Shown here: piece after piece, positions 40,724 through 50,430 of the stretch | How the letters are laid out: the number at the start of each line of letters is the position of its first letter | Numbering within the stretch: position 1 is the stretch's first letter | IMG/VR virus record: IMGVR_UViG_2884152688_000003 | Coordinates: 32,001 to 96,000 of that record | Direction: 5' to 3' (one strand) | Source of the DNA: a virus | Taxonomy: Duplodnaviria; Caudoviricetes | DNA length: 64,000 bases | Notes under the pieces: model-generated | What the model saw: only the letters and a program-made list of their open reading frames with translations | Told to the model about the DNA's origin: nothing | Databases searched by the model: none | Position numbers and translations under genes: made by a program

Positions 40724-40898
40724 GGAGGATAATTTGGAATTTAATAAAGATATGTATATAGAAGTTTTGCAAAGTCAAGTAAATTCATTTCTTGATGAAA
40801 AGTTAAAACTTATAACTATGTATGAAGCAGAAAAAAGAAAAAGATTGGAATTAGAAGAGATAATAGAAAACAACAAAAAAATTGAACAGGAGGCTTAA
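40713..40898 (+). CDS. Small coiled-coil tail-associated protein
   Basis: 61-aa ORF coupled to both neighbours. Confidence 0.55.
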   Translation: MGFKEDNLEFNKDMYIEVLQSQVNSFLDEKLKLITMYEAEKRKRLELEEIIENNKKIEQEA

Positions 40899-43580
40899 AT
40901 GACAGAAAGTATTAATAAAGACTACCCCCTAATAATTGACTTGCTTAAAAGTGATGATAGAGGATTAAACAAGGGGATTATGTTTAATGAATCTGATAAA
41001 AATACAGCTTTCGTAAATGCACAAATAGTTAGGGATGAAGTTCCTGTTAACTTGGTCGGTGCAATTATATACCTAAATGTAGACAAGCCAAATAGAACAA
41101 AATTACAGGTAGAAGTAGAGATAGAGAATCCAGAGGAGGGGAAGGTTAAACTTCCCTTTTCAGAAAATACTTTGAATTTTGCTGGACTTGCGTCATTTCA
41201 ACTTCAGATTGAAGTAGGAGATAAGACATCAATAACACCAAAATATTATTTCACAATAGAAACTGGGAATATAACTGATGAAGATATTATGGATAGTAAC
41301 GAATACCCTATACTTACGAAAGAAAGAGAACGAGTAGAGCAAGCTTTAAATAACTCAAAAATTGCTATGGAACGTGCTGACAACTTATTATTAACTCAAA
41401 TTGAAGCTAATAATAAAATGAATAACGCAGAATTAATTAGAAAAGAAAACGAGTTAAAAAGAAGGAATGCTGAAACTCAAAGAGGTGTTGAGTTTGAGGA
41501 TATGAAAATAACTATTTCTCAAGAATTGGCATCCATAGAGAAGATAGTCGAACAAGCTACTGAGTTAAAAAAAGTAGCACTAAGAAACGAATTAAATAAA
41601 GACTTTGAAGAAAAATTTAATGAAACACAGATTTTATTTGACGGAATAACTAATAAAAAGGTGCTTGAACTCAAAGAATATTCCGATTCTCAAATTGAAC
41701 CAGTTAAAAATGAAATTAGAGAAAAACTAAAGACAATACCACCAGTAGAAGAATTAAAAGGTAGAGATGGAACTTCTATAACATTAAAAGGAAAAGTAGA
41801 CAATATAGATGAACTTCCGACTTTAGAGAAATCTTCTTTGGGGGACATATATGTTGTTGGTGAAACCTTATATATGAACAATATAACCGAGTGGGTTGAT
41901 ATAGGAGGATTTAGAGCGGGGCCTCAAGGTCTAAGAGGTGAACCGGGCAAAGATGGTGTCAATGGTAAAGATGGGGTAGATGGCAAAGACGGAATTGATG
42001 GTAAAGATGGATATTCTATTTATGTAAAAGGAACTTTAACAAGTGAGGAAAATCTTCCTTCTATTGACGATAGTAGAAACGGTGATATGTATGTTATAAA
42101 TGGAGAATTATATTTATTTACCGGTGAAAATAGTTGGTCTAATTTAGGTAAATTTGTTGGGCCTCAAGGTCTAAGAGGTGAACCGGGCAAAGATGGTGTC
42201 AATGGTAAAGATGGGGTAGATGGCAAAGACGGATTGACTCAAGATTTAACCCCAATTACAACAAGAATGGACGAAATAGAACAAAAGGTAGAAGAAAATA
42301 AAATAGAAATAGAAATCGTAGACAACTTAACTACTGGGGGTTCTAATAAAGTTCTTTCAGCAGAACAAGGTAAAGTTTTGTTCGCGCAAGTCTCCGATAT
42401 AGAAGAAAGGACAGGGGTTGTAAATAACTTAGAAGATGGTGGAATAGACAAACCACTATCCGCTGAAATGGGTAAACAACTTTTTCAATCTGTCAGTGAT
42501 GGTAAGACAAAGATAGCTAGTGCAATCACTGACAAAGGGATAAGCACTAGCCCTACAGATACTTTTGATGTAATGAGTGGAAATATAAAAGATATAAAAA
42601 CTGGGTATGGCGTGGGGGATGTATTAGAGTTGGATTCTGTAGATTTTGAATATAAATTGGACTATTCACCAGAATTTTTACATAAAATACAATTCAGTGG
42701 GAATAGTGTTTCAAGTCTATCACTTGATGTAAAGGATAGCGTGTTATACCTTTATTCAAACCCTCACATTACATATTATAATTTGACTGAAAATGGATTG
42801 ATTCAAAAGTCTGCTGATGTAACAAAAAATGAACATACCCGTATTATTCCATGTCCATCTAATAAAACCATTTATGCTACAACAATAGGGGGAAAACCTT
42901 TGGTTACTTCATATGACTATTCTTTTAATAAAAAATATACTTATGAAGGCGAACTTCTATATAACTCTTGGATTAGAGGTATGGCTATTTCTGATGAAGA
43001 TAAAATTGATATATATGTAACAAACTATACTCCTGATTCTGGCAAACTTATTTCCTTGTCAGAATATTTAATTAAAAATTGGGAATTAGATTTAAATGGA
43101 GCAAGAGACGTAACAGTTCTCAATAAAGACACTATAATATTTTCAAATTCATCTGTGATAAAGTCTGTAAATAGTAAAGGTGTATTGAAAAAGAGTCTGG
43201 AGACTTTAGGTGCTATTCAATTATTTTCTGATAAAGATAATGGTTATATAAATGGATATAATGACAAAAAGATATTTCAGTTAAACACCAACTTAGAAAT
43301 TATTTGGGAAAAAACATTAGAAAATGAAATCCTTAGTTCTTATTATAATTCTGAAGAAAAAGTATATATTATCTTATCTAAAGCAAAAGGGGGGTATTTA
43401 TCAGTAATAGATGGATTTAATGAATATGGTGAAAATGTTTTTAATGTAGAAAGTCAGGCATTTTATGATGAAAATCAAAAAATATTTTCTATAGAAAATA
43501 TCATTCTACATACAGGGTCAAACAAAGGTATAGTTTATACGATTAAGAACCCAAAAATTAATAGAATAAAAATAAAATAA
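40899..43580 (+). CDS. BppU-domain tail fibre / receptor-binding protein with collagen-like repeats
   Basis: BppU-like N-terminus (FNESDKNTA), coiled coil, GxY repeats, LSAEQGK repeats, beta-propeller-like C-terminus. Confidence 0.8.
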   Translation: MTESINKDYPLIIDLLKSDDRGLNKGIMFNESDKNTAFVNAQIVRDEVPVNLVGAIIYLNVDKPNRTKLQVEVEIENPEEGKVKLPFSENTLNFAGLASFQLQIEVGDKTSITPKYYFTIETGNITDEDIMDSNEYPILTKERERVEQALNNSKIAMERADNLLLTQIEANNKMNNAELIRKENELKRRNAETQRGVEFEDMKITISQELASIEKIVEQATELKKVALRNELNKDFEEKFNETQILFDGITNKKVLELKEYSDSQIEPVKNEIREKLKTIPPVEELKGRDGTSITLKGKVDNIDELPTLEKSSLGDIYVVGETLYMNNITEWVDIGGFRAGPQGLRGEPGKDGVNGKDGVDGKDGIDGKDGYSIYVKGTLTSEENLPSIDDSRNGDMYVINGELYLFTGENSWSNLGKFVGPQGLRGEPGKDGVNGKDGVDGKDGLTQDLTPITTRMDEIEQKVEENKIEIEIVDNLTTGGSNKVLSAEQGKVLFAQVSDIEERTGVVNNLEDGGIDKPLSAEMGKQLFQSVSDGKTKIASAITDKGISTSPTDTFDVMSGNIKDIKTGYGVGDVLELDSVDFEYKLDYSPEFLHKIQFSGNSVSSLSLDVKDSVLYLYSNPHITYYNLTENGLIQKSADVTKNEHTRIIPCPSNKTIYATTIGGKPLVTSYDYSFNKKYTYEGELLYNSWIRGMAISDEDKIDIYVTNYTPDSGKLISLSEYLIKNWELDLNGARDVTVLNKDTIIFSNSSVIKSVNSKGVLKKSLETLGAIQLFSDKDNGYINGYNDKKIFQLNTNLEIIWEKTLENEILSSYYNSEEKVYIILSKAKGGYLSVIDGFNEYGENVFNVESQAFYDENQKIFSIENIILHTGSNKGIVYTIKNPKINRIKIK
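41919..42233 (+). repeat. Exact 75-bp direct repeat encoding collagen-like segment (41919-41993 and 42159-42233)
   Basis: GGGCCTCAAGGTCTAAGAGG...GGCAAAGACGGA occurs twice, 240 bp apart. Confidence 0.9.
42473..42580 (+). repeat. 108-bp exact direct repeat, copy 1
   Basis: Identical to 45783-45890, encodes KQLFQSVSDGKTKIASAITDKG... Confidence 0.9.
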
Positions 43581-43594
43581 AGGAGTGAAGTGCA

Positions 43595-43915
43595 TTGTAT
43601 TTAATATTTGACAAAAAAGAATTAGAAGAAAAGAAAATTTTAGAGGTGAGCCTGATATATTACATAGAACCACCAAAAGAATTTACTTACATTGAAATTA
43701 AAGAGGAAGATTTTCCAAAAGATAAAGATGGTTACAGCAAGAAGGTTTTTTATAATAAAGAAAACAATGAAGTTTATGCAGAGTATGAAGAAGTTATAAA
43801 TGAAGAAAATCCATTAAAAAAAGAAATAGAACAACTTAAAACAGCGAATGTCAACTTAGCTGAGTCAATAGCACAGATTTATGAGACAGTCTTAGACATT
43901 CCAAAAGAAATATAA
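43595..43915 (+). CDS. Tail fibre assembly/chaperone-like protein
   Basis: Follows the fibre gene and precedes the XkdX-like gene. Confidence 0.5.
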   Translation: MYLIFDKKELEEKKILEVSLIYYIEPPKEFTYIEIKEEDFPKDKDGYSKKVFYNKENNEVYAEYEEVINEENPLKKEIEQLKTANVNLAESIAQIYETVLDIPKEI

Positions 43916-43992
43916 TGATTAAGAACTTTTTTAATAAAATAAGGTTCTTTTTTTTATGCTTAAATTTAACTTTGAAAGGAGGTGAAGAAGAT

Positions 43993-44121
43993 ATGGTATA
44001 TGTATATGTAACATTAATCGTTGCTGGTAGACGTACATTTAAACAAGTTCCTACCACTGTAAAGGAAGAAGTTAAAAATGAACTAATAGCTATGGAACTT
44101 AGCAAGTTAGTAGAAGAGTAG
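43993..44121 (+). CDS. CD1375/XkdX-like small protein
   Basis: MVYVYVTLIVAGRRTFKQVP...VKNEL behind AAGGAGG. Confidence 0.7.
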   Translation: MVYVYVTLIVAGRRTFKQVPTTVKEEVKNELIAMELSKLVEE

Positions 44122-44182
44122 GGTTTAATGCCAGCCTTTTGGCTGGCTAATACCTAATTTAATAGTGAAAGAAGTGAATAAT

Positions 44183-44947
44183 ATGATAGATTTTTTGCAT
44201 TTATTTAAATTTGATTTAAGAAAAGAAGCTGATGAATGTTTCACTATGATAGTGGATGGGGAGGTTGTCACAAATATTCCTACTTTACATGCTGGTGAAA
44301 CATCTAGAGGAATAAGAATATCCGTAGTAAACTTCAAATATGATGAAAAGATGTCTTGCTATGCTTATTTCAAGTCTAAACAAGATAATGAGTTAATAAG
44401 AGTTAAACCTTTTTCTAGGACAAAGAATTTATTTGATATATATTACCCAAGACTTCCAGTAGGGGAATATGAGTGTGAGATAATTCTTTGTTATGATGGA
44501 AAGACAATTTCATCTGGAATTTTTACTGGGGTATGTGAAGAAACTTTAGCTAATGAATTTGCAACAGATGTAGAGATATCTACTACAGTTCAAGACATAA
44601 TAAATACTTATGATACGTATTCTGAATTATATAAGAAAAGGCTTATAGAAGTTGGAACCCTTAGTGAAAAATCAACGAGTATCATTAATAACTTAAATGA
44701 TAAAGAAAAACAACTTGAAGAACTAATAGAAAATATCCCTAGCGTAGAAACAGACAAGGGTTTTATTTTTGTGCAAAAAAAAACGACACCTATTTGGGAA
44801 GTTACACATAATCTAGGGAAATATCCAAGTGTAGTAATAACAGATAATGGTGGAAACACAGTATATGGAGACATTTCATATATTAGTGAAAACAAATTAA
44901 TCATAAGTTTCTCTATTGGATTTAGTGGGAAAGCTTATTTGAATTAA
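44183..44947 (+). CDS. Baseplate/fibre-associated protein
   Basis: BppU-like N-terminus and WEVTHNLGKYPSV C-terminal domain. Confidence 0.55.
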   Translation: MIDFLHLFKFDLRKEADECFTMIVDGEVVTNIPTLHAGETSRGIRISVVNFKYDEKMSCYAYFKSKQDNELIRVKPFSRTKNLFDIYYPRLPVGEYECEIILCYDGKTISSGIFTGVCEETLANEFATDVEISTTVQDIINTYDTYSELYKKRLIEVGTLSEKSTSIINNLNDKEKQLEELIENIPSVETDKGFIFVQKKTTPIWEVTHNLGKYPSVVITDNGGNTVYGDISYISENKLIISFSIGFSGKAYLN

Positions 44948-44965
44948 ATAGGAGGTAATGAATAT

Positions 44966-45646
44966 ATGAAATTTCTTAATAATATAGATCTTGGGAAAAA
45001 TCAAATAGAAAATGTAGTTTTACATTCATTGATTAAAGAACCAGATTCCCCTGAAATAGGGCAATTGTATTTCAATATGAACGAAAAGCGAGCTTATATT
45101 TATATCGGGAATAGGTGGTTGGCTTTGGACGCCAAAGACGCAAGTCCAACAGCTGTTTCTATAGTGAATACTATCAATGAAGGGTCTGCATTGATTAATA
45201 TTGGAAAAGTAGAAGGGCTAGAGAGCAAATTAGCGCCACTAGAGACGAAAGAAGGTTCTCAAAATAAAGCAAATACAGCTCTAAATCAAGCAAAAGAATT
45301 TACGCGAACTGAAATTGCAAAAGTGATAGGTGGGGCAAGTGAGCAGTACGACACTTTGAAAGAAATAGAAGATTTGTTGAAAAATAACTCCGATATAACA
45401 GAAATAATCAATATATTGAATTCAAAGACAACTAAATATGTAGAAGTCATAGGGGATGGAATTGCGACAGAGTTTGATGTAAGACATATGTTGAATTCTC
45501 AAGATGTAATCGTTCAGTTAAGAGAAAACATATCACCTTTCGAGACTGTTTACACAGATATAGAAATTATAGATGAAAACTCAGTGAGAGTTAAGTTTGC
45601 GAAAGCACCTAATACCAATGAATACAAAGTGATTACTATAGGGTAG
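44966..45646 (+). CDS. Tail fibre-associated protein
   Basis: GASEQYDTLKEI fibre motif and VRHMLNSQDV C-terminal domain. Confidence 0.6.
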   Translation: MKFLNNIDLGKNQIENVVLHSLIKEPDSPEIGQLYFNMNEKRAYIYIGNRWLALDAKDASPTAVSIVNTINEGSALINIGKVEGLESKLAPLETKEGSQNKANTALNQAKEFTRTEIAKVIGGASEQYDTLKEIEDLLKNNSDITEIINILNSKTTKYVEVIGDGIATEFDVRHMLNSQDVIVQLRENISPFETVYTDIEIIDENSVRVKFAKAPNTNEYKVITIG

Positions 45647-45654
45647 GTGATGAA

Positions 45655-46851
45655 ATGAAAATTTTATCTGAAATAAAAAATGAAGATTTAGATAAAAAAA
45701 TTAATGGTAAAATCGATAAAAAAGATGTTATACAAGATATTTCAATCGGTGGAATAGATAAAGTTATATCCGCTGAAGCTGCTAAACAACTTTTTCAATC
45801 TGTCAGTGATGGTAAGACAAAGATAGCTAGTGCAATCACTGACAAAGGGATAAGCACTAGCCCTACAGATACTTTTGATGTAATGAGTGGGAATATAAAG
45901 GATATAAAAACTGGCTATGGTGTTGGGGATATTGTTTTACCAAAAAATATAAAAGAAATACAAGAATATACACCAAATAATACTATATGGAAAACAGGTC
46001 GAATTGATTGGGGTTTGAGCATAGTCGTTGATAAAGAAACGGATGTTTACCTTGGCGGGACACAAGGTATAATTTACAAACTTGACAAATATGGGAAAAA
46101 AATGTGGGAATATAAAGGACACACCGATTGGATATATTCATTGGTTATAGACAACCAAGCTAATATCTACAGTGGATCTAAAGATACAACAGTTCACAAA
46201 GTAGACAAAAATGGAAATTGTATATGGAAATATATAGAGGGAATATCATATATCGAAGATTTAACTGTAGATGGAGATAATAATATTTATATCGCTGACC
46301 ATGGTAGGGTGTTACATAAAATCAATAAGGATGGAAAAAAGATATGGCAATATAAAGGCTATAATATAAGATTGTCTGCTGTAACGGTAGACTTAGAATT
46401 TAATGTATATTGCGGAGGAGCCTCTTATGGAGTTCACAAACTTGATAAAAATGGAAACAAGATATGGGCATATGTTCCTGATTCAACAAATGTTGTAACA
46501 CTGATTGTTGACGAAGAATCCAATATATATATTGGATATGAAAGTGGGAATGTTCATAAAATAGATAAAGAAGGGAACAAAATATGGGAATATGCCGAAC
46601 ATCGTAAAAAAATATCCTCATTAGCTATAGATAGTCGATCTAATATCTATAGTGGATCTGAAGACACAACGGTTCATAAAATAGATAAGAGTGGGAAAAA
46701 AATTTGGAGATACACTGATTATAACAGTAAAGTACTTAGCATTTGTGTGGATTCAAATAATGAAATTTACTGTTGTGGAAATGGTTATACCGTTCATAAG
46801 TTTTCTAATGGGGAAAGTTATGAAACTACAGGGTATAAAATTCTAAATTAA
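45655..46851 (+). CDS. Second receptor-binding protein with WD40/PQQ-like beta-propeller
   Basis: About seven 40-aa repeats of type IYSGSxDxxVHKxDKxGxKIW after a stem shared with the 40899 gene. Confidence 0.75.
   Translation: MKILSEIKNEDLDKKINGKIDKKDVIQDISIGGIDKVISAEAAKQLFQSVSDGKTKIASAITDKGISTSPTDTFDVMSGNIKDIKTGYGVGDIVLPKNIKEIQEYTPNNTIWKTGRIDWGLSIVVDKETDVYLGGTQGIIYKLDKYGKKMWEYKGHTDWIYSLVIDNQANIYSGSKDTTVHKVDKNGNCIWKYIEGISYIEDLTVDGDNNIYIADHGRVLHKINKDGKKIWQYKGYNIRLSAVTVDLEFNVYCGGASYGVHKLDKNGNKIWAYVPDSTNVVTLIVDEESNIYIGYESGNVHKIDKEGNKIWEYAEHRKKISSLAIDSRSNIYSGSEDTTVHKIDKSGKKIWRYTDYNSKVLSICVDSNNEIYCCGNGYTVHKFSNGESYETTGYKILN
45783..45890 (+). repeat. 108-bp exact direct repeat, copy 2
   Basis: Identical to 42473-42580. 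Confidence 0.9.
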
Positions 46852-46870
46852 CATAAAAGAAGGTGATTAT

Positions 46871-47167
46871 TTGAGTGAACAAGAGGTTTACTTCATAATA
46901 TTAAAGATAGTTACAGTAGCAATTCCAATAATAATAGGAATCGTAACAATAACAGAAAAACTCACAAAACCAATAAATCAATTAGATAAAACTATTTCTA
47001 ATCTTAATGCAACGATATCAAGCCTTCAAGAGAGTAATAAGGTTCAAGATAAAAGGTTGGATAGACATGGGCGTGAAATAGACGAAACAAAACATAAGAT
47101 TATAGAACATAATACTAGAATTGGGAATGTAGAGAAAGATATAGAAGAATTGAAAGGTGGTAGATAA
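46871..47167 (+). CDS. Holin-associated membrane protein (XhlA-like)
   Basis: N-terminal TM helix plus coiled coil, in the lysis cassette. Confidence 0.55.
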   Translation: MSEQEVYFIILKIVTVAIPIIIGIVTITEKLTKPINQLDKTISNLNATISSLQESNKVQDKRLDRHGREIDETKHKIIEHNTRIGNVEKDIEELKGGR

Positions 47168-47168
47168 T

Positions 47169-47453
47169 ATGATAAATTTTACTGATTATATAAATGTAAC
47201 AACATTGGTGTTTTGTTTAGCATTGGGATATGCTTTAAAAAATTGGGTGACTAAATATAACAACAACTTTGTACCTATTGGATTAGCTCTAATAGGTGCT
47301 GTAGCATGCTGTTTTACAGTAGGTGAAATCAATATTGAGGTAATTACAGCTGGAATGATAAGTGGTTTAATAAGTACAGGGCTACATCAAACTTTTACAA
47401 GATTCATTGAAGGGATATCAGAAGTTGCGGAAAACAAAAGAGGTGATATTTAA
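47169..47453 (+). CDS. Holin
   Basis: Three hydrophobic segments and the GLISTGLHQ motif, adjacent to the endolysin. Confidence 0.85.
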   Translation: MINFTDYINVTTLVFCLALGYALKNWVTKYNNNFVPIGLALIGAVACCFTVGEINIEVITAGMISGLISTGLHQTFTRFIEGISEVAENKRGDI

Positions 47454-48475
47454 TGAAGATAGCCTTAACAGTAGGACATAGTATACTTAAAGGTGGACAA
47501 AGAACTTCAGCTAGTGGATATATAAATGAATATAGATACAACAAAGCTTTAGCCCCTTATGTAAAAGAAGAGCTTGAACTCTTAGGTCATAAATGCGATT
47601 TATTCATATGTCCTGAGTATACTTTTACAAATGCATCTCAAGAAAGAACCTATAAGCTGCCTAAAATTAATAATGGTGGATATGATAGATGTTGTGAACT
47701 TCACCTTAATGCTTTTAATGGTACGGCTAAAGGTGAAGAAGTCTATTACTACAGTGGTGATAGCACTGGTGGATCAATTGCAACAATAATGTCAAAGAAT
47801 ATAGCAAGCCTTGGTTTCGATAACAGGGGTGCTAAGGGAACAAGAAACTTATATATGATAACTCAGACAAAGCCTACAGCTATTTTAGTTGAGGCTTTTT
47901 TTTGTGACAACAAAAAGGACAGTGATCTAGCTAACAGTGTTGGTTATAGAAAAATGGCGAAAGCAATAGCATATGGATTAGTCCAAAAAACTTATGATGG
48001 AAAGAGTGGGGGGGGTGGGGTAGTCAATCCTGAACCACCAAAAGAAAACAATACTTCACCTCAAACATCTAATGCAGGATATTATGTAAAAACATCTACA
48101 AAAGGTGATGTTTTAAATGTAAGAGATTCAGTAGGTAATAATGGTAAAATAATGTCCACTCTACAAGATGGTTCTATTATATATGTGGAATCTATACATA
48201 AAAATACAAGTGGAACTTGGTATAAAATAAGAAATAGAGGATATGTTCATAGTAATTATTGTGTAGGCATATCTAAACCAATGATTGTATTATACCAATC
48301 TGGGGCAAATGATTACAATAAAAAGATTGCTGATATTATAGGTGAAAGACATAATAAACCTGTATATGTAGAAGATAAAACCAAAACTAGTAAGGATTAT
48401 GAAATCATGTATGTAGGTGGTGGAAAAGACAGATACCATACAGCCGCAATTGCAGCCGACAAGTATCTTAATTAA
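47453..48475 (+). CDS. Endolysin (Amidase_3 + SH3b)
   Basis: VGHS, NEY, ELHLNA and LVE zinc-amidase motifs, LNVR SH3b domain. Confidence 0.92.
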   Translation: MKIALTVGHSILKGGQRTSASGYINEYRYNKALAPYVKEELELLGHKCDLFICPEYTFTNASQERTYKLPKINNGGYDRCCELHLNAFNGTAKGEEVYYYSGDSTGGSIATIMSKNIASLGFDNRGAKGTRNLYMITQTKPTAILVEAFFCDNKKDSDLANSVGYRKMAKAIAYGLVQKTYDGKSGGGGVVNPEPPKENNTSPQTSNAGYYVKTSTKGDVLNVRDSVGNNGKIMSTLQDGSIIYVESIHKNTSGTWYKIRNRGYVHSNYCVGISKPMIVLYQSGANDYNKKIADIIGERHNKPVYVEDKTKTSKDYEIMYVGGGKDRYHTAAIAADKYLN

Positions 48476-48525
48476 TAAGTATAGGGTGGGTTATCCCACC
48501 CTTATTAAGTAAAGGAGTAATAAAA

Positions 48526-49434
48526 GTGAAGAATGATATACTCTTTAAAAAAGGATTTAATAAGCAAGATTATTTATTCCCAACAAGTGGAAGAATAAAA
48601 AGTTCAAAGAATAGAATAAATATTTATTTCATACAAGATGGTAATGTTAGAGGGAGATATAAGGAGTGTTTGAATAATAATAGGTTAGTAGCACATTATG
48701 TGGTAGACGATACTTATTGCTTAAGATTGCTGATGGAAGATTGTTCTACTTATCATAGTTGGGCTAAGACAAATGATGTCACTATAGAGGTTTTAAACTC
48801 TAAATATGGTGATAAGACTCAAATAGAAAGAAATTTAGGTTCACTATTAAGAACCCTGTATGATAAATTCGGATTCCATCAAGGTAAGGTAACATATCAT
48901 GGTAGATTGGGAAATGTTAATTTCAACAATGTAAAAATAATAGCAAATGCAAAACCATATGATATAACTACAAATTTAATAACACATAGCAACAACTTAA
49001 AACCATTAGCAGAAATATTGAAAATATGTAAGTTTAAAAAAGTAAAACATATTGAAAGAGATGGTGAAAAGTTAAATCATGACCAGGTTACAGATATGTG
49101 TTTCTATTGGGATGCATATTATGTCAATCATATAGGATCTAATGACAAACAGTCAACTTTAGGATACATTAGACGTTTCATAAATAGTAAGGCGTATTCA
49201 TTAAGCAGATTAAATAAAGTTAAGTATGTTTGTTATTTCAATGATGCGGATGAACCAATAGCTAGATTATTAGCCTTTTTAGCTGGTGCAAGTTGTTTTA
49301 AGGACAATGGAAGTACTATGGAAGGGTCAAAGATAAGACAATTAAAAGCTAAAGGGTGGTTAATCTACATAAGTGGCATTGGTTCCAATCAGGAAGACAC
49401 TGCAAGGCAATATATTCAGAAATATTTGGTGTAA
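48526..49434 (+). CDS. Degenerate Amidase_2-like protein with cell-wall-binding-like repeats
   Basis: AHYVVDD and IEV motifs are present but the first Zn-binding His motif is absent. Two GSN...T repeats resemble the endolysin C-terminus. Confidence 0.45.
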   Translation: MKNDILFKKGFNKQDYLFPTSGRIKSSKNRINIYFIQDGNVRGRYKECLNNNRLVAHYVVDDTYCLRLLMEDCSTYHSWAKTNDVTIEVLNSKYGDKTQIERNLGSLLRTLYDKFGFHQGKVTYHGRLGNVNFNNVKIIANAKPYDITTNLITHSNNLKPLAEILKICKFKKVKHIERDGEKLNHDQVTDMCFYWDAYYVNHIGSNDKQSTLGYIRRFINSKAYSLSRLNKVKYVCYFNDADEPIARLLAFLAGASCFKDNGSTMEGSKIRQLKAKGWLIYISGIGSNQEDTARQYIQKYLV

Positions 49435-49542
49435 AATAATAGTCAATAAAAGGCTGATTTTAATACGATTTTAGGGTATAAAACAGCTAAAATTTGCGTA
49501 TAATGTTGCATTTCAGAAACAAATAGTGTTATAATAAGTATA

Positions 49543-49616
49543 AATAATTGTTAATGCTATATAAATCCAAAATGTTTATGGATACAAAAAAGGAGAGCTG
49601 GCGGGCTCTCCTTTTT
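49543..49616 (+). ncRNA. Fst/par-like antitoxin RNA 1
   Basis: TTGCAT...TGtTATAAT promoter. Carries AATAATTGTTAATGCTATA and TAAATCCAAAATGTT, repeated over the toxin start. Ends at a bidirectional terminator. Confidence 0.75.
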
Positions 49617-49619
49617 GCA

Positions 49620-49721
49620 TTATCTGTCCTTTTTTTCAATATATCTCTTAAAAAGAAATACTAAAATCTCTTTTATCGTGGGACATATAATAATTGTTAT
49701 TGCTATAATCACTAAATCCAA
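49620..49721 (-). CDS. Fst-like type I toxin 1 (33 aa, not in ORF track)
   Basis: MDLVIIAITIIICPTIKEILVFLFKRYIEKKDR, AAGGAGG RBS, TTG start. Confidence 0.75.
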   Translation of the reverse strand: MDLVIIAITIIICPTIKEILVFLFKRYIEKKDR

Positions 49722-49987
49722 AATGTTCACCTCCTTTCGGAGTGGACTAGTTATATTATACTACATATAGTTATATATTTTTATATTTATTACAAATAAT
49801 TTCACAATACAATATGTAGTTGTTTAATAATGCAAAAACACTATATATAGAAACATCATAGTTATATTATAATTTAGATTCAAAAATAAAACAAGTTCTA
49901 TTTTATAAATAAAATACTTGACTAGATTAATAGATTAAAAATATTAAAATCAAACTACAATAATCTATATATGTGTGCTATAATTAT

Positions 49988-50060
49988 GTTAATTAGCATA
50001 CGAAATCCTTATTTTTTTTAGGGATCAATGGGAGGAGATTGGTACCTCCTTCTTTTTTTT
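49988..50060 (+). ncRNA. Orphan small RNA
   Basis: TGcTATAAT extended -10, two short hairpins and a GGAGG/CCTCC terminator with T8. No toxin ORF seen opposite. Confidence 0.45.
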
Positions 50061-50115
50061 GCAAAATAAATTTTAAAAATTTGCATAATTAGAGTAAATA
50101 GTGGTATAATTAGAT

Positions 50116-50196
50116 TACAAATAGGTTGTTAAAAAAGAACTGCGTTCATAGTTCTAACAAAGAAAAAGAGGAGAGCGGCTACTCTCCTCTTTTTTT
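50116..50196 (+). ncRNA. Fst/par-like antitoxin RNA 2
   Basis: TTGCAT-17bp-TATAAT promoter. TAGGTTGTTAAAAA and TTCATAGTTCTAAC echo the toxin start region. Bidirectional terminator at ~50163-50196. Confidence 0.75.
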
Positions 50197-50197
50197 G

Positions 50198-50290
50198 TTA
50201 CTTGTACTTATCATCTAGTACTTTTTTGGCTAATATAAGTACTATACCAACAATAATTGGATATATTAGGTTATTAAAAACTGGTTCCAT
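50198..50290 (-). CDS. Fst-family type I toxin 2 (30 aa, not in ORF track)
   Basis: MEPVFNNLIYPIIVGIVLILAKKVLDDKYK with the PIIVG motif and charged tail, AAGGAGG RBS. Confidence 0.85.
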   Translation of the reverse strand: MEPVFNNLIYPIIVGIVLILAKKVLDDKYK

Positions 50291-50430
50291 TGTCTAACCT
50301 CCTTTCGGAGAAATTGCCTTTTAGTGAGAAGGCTTCTTTAATTATATCATAAATAAAATTGTTTCAATTTACTAAATAAAATTATACTAGACACTATTAA
50401 GTGTCTTTTTTTTTATATAAAATTAGAAAG

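Noticed and set aside
42473-45890. Diversity-generating retroelement TR/VR pair or invertible shufflon
   Set aside because: No reverse transcriptase in the window, the core copies are identical instead of differing at adenines, and they are direct, not inverted.
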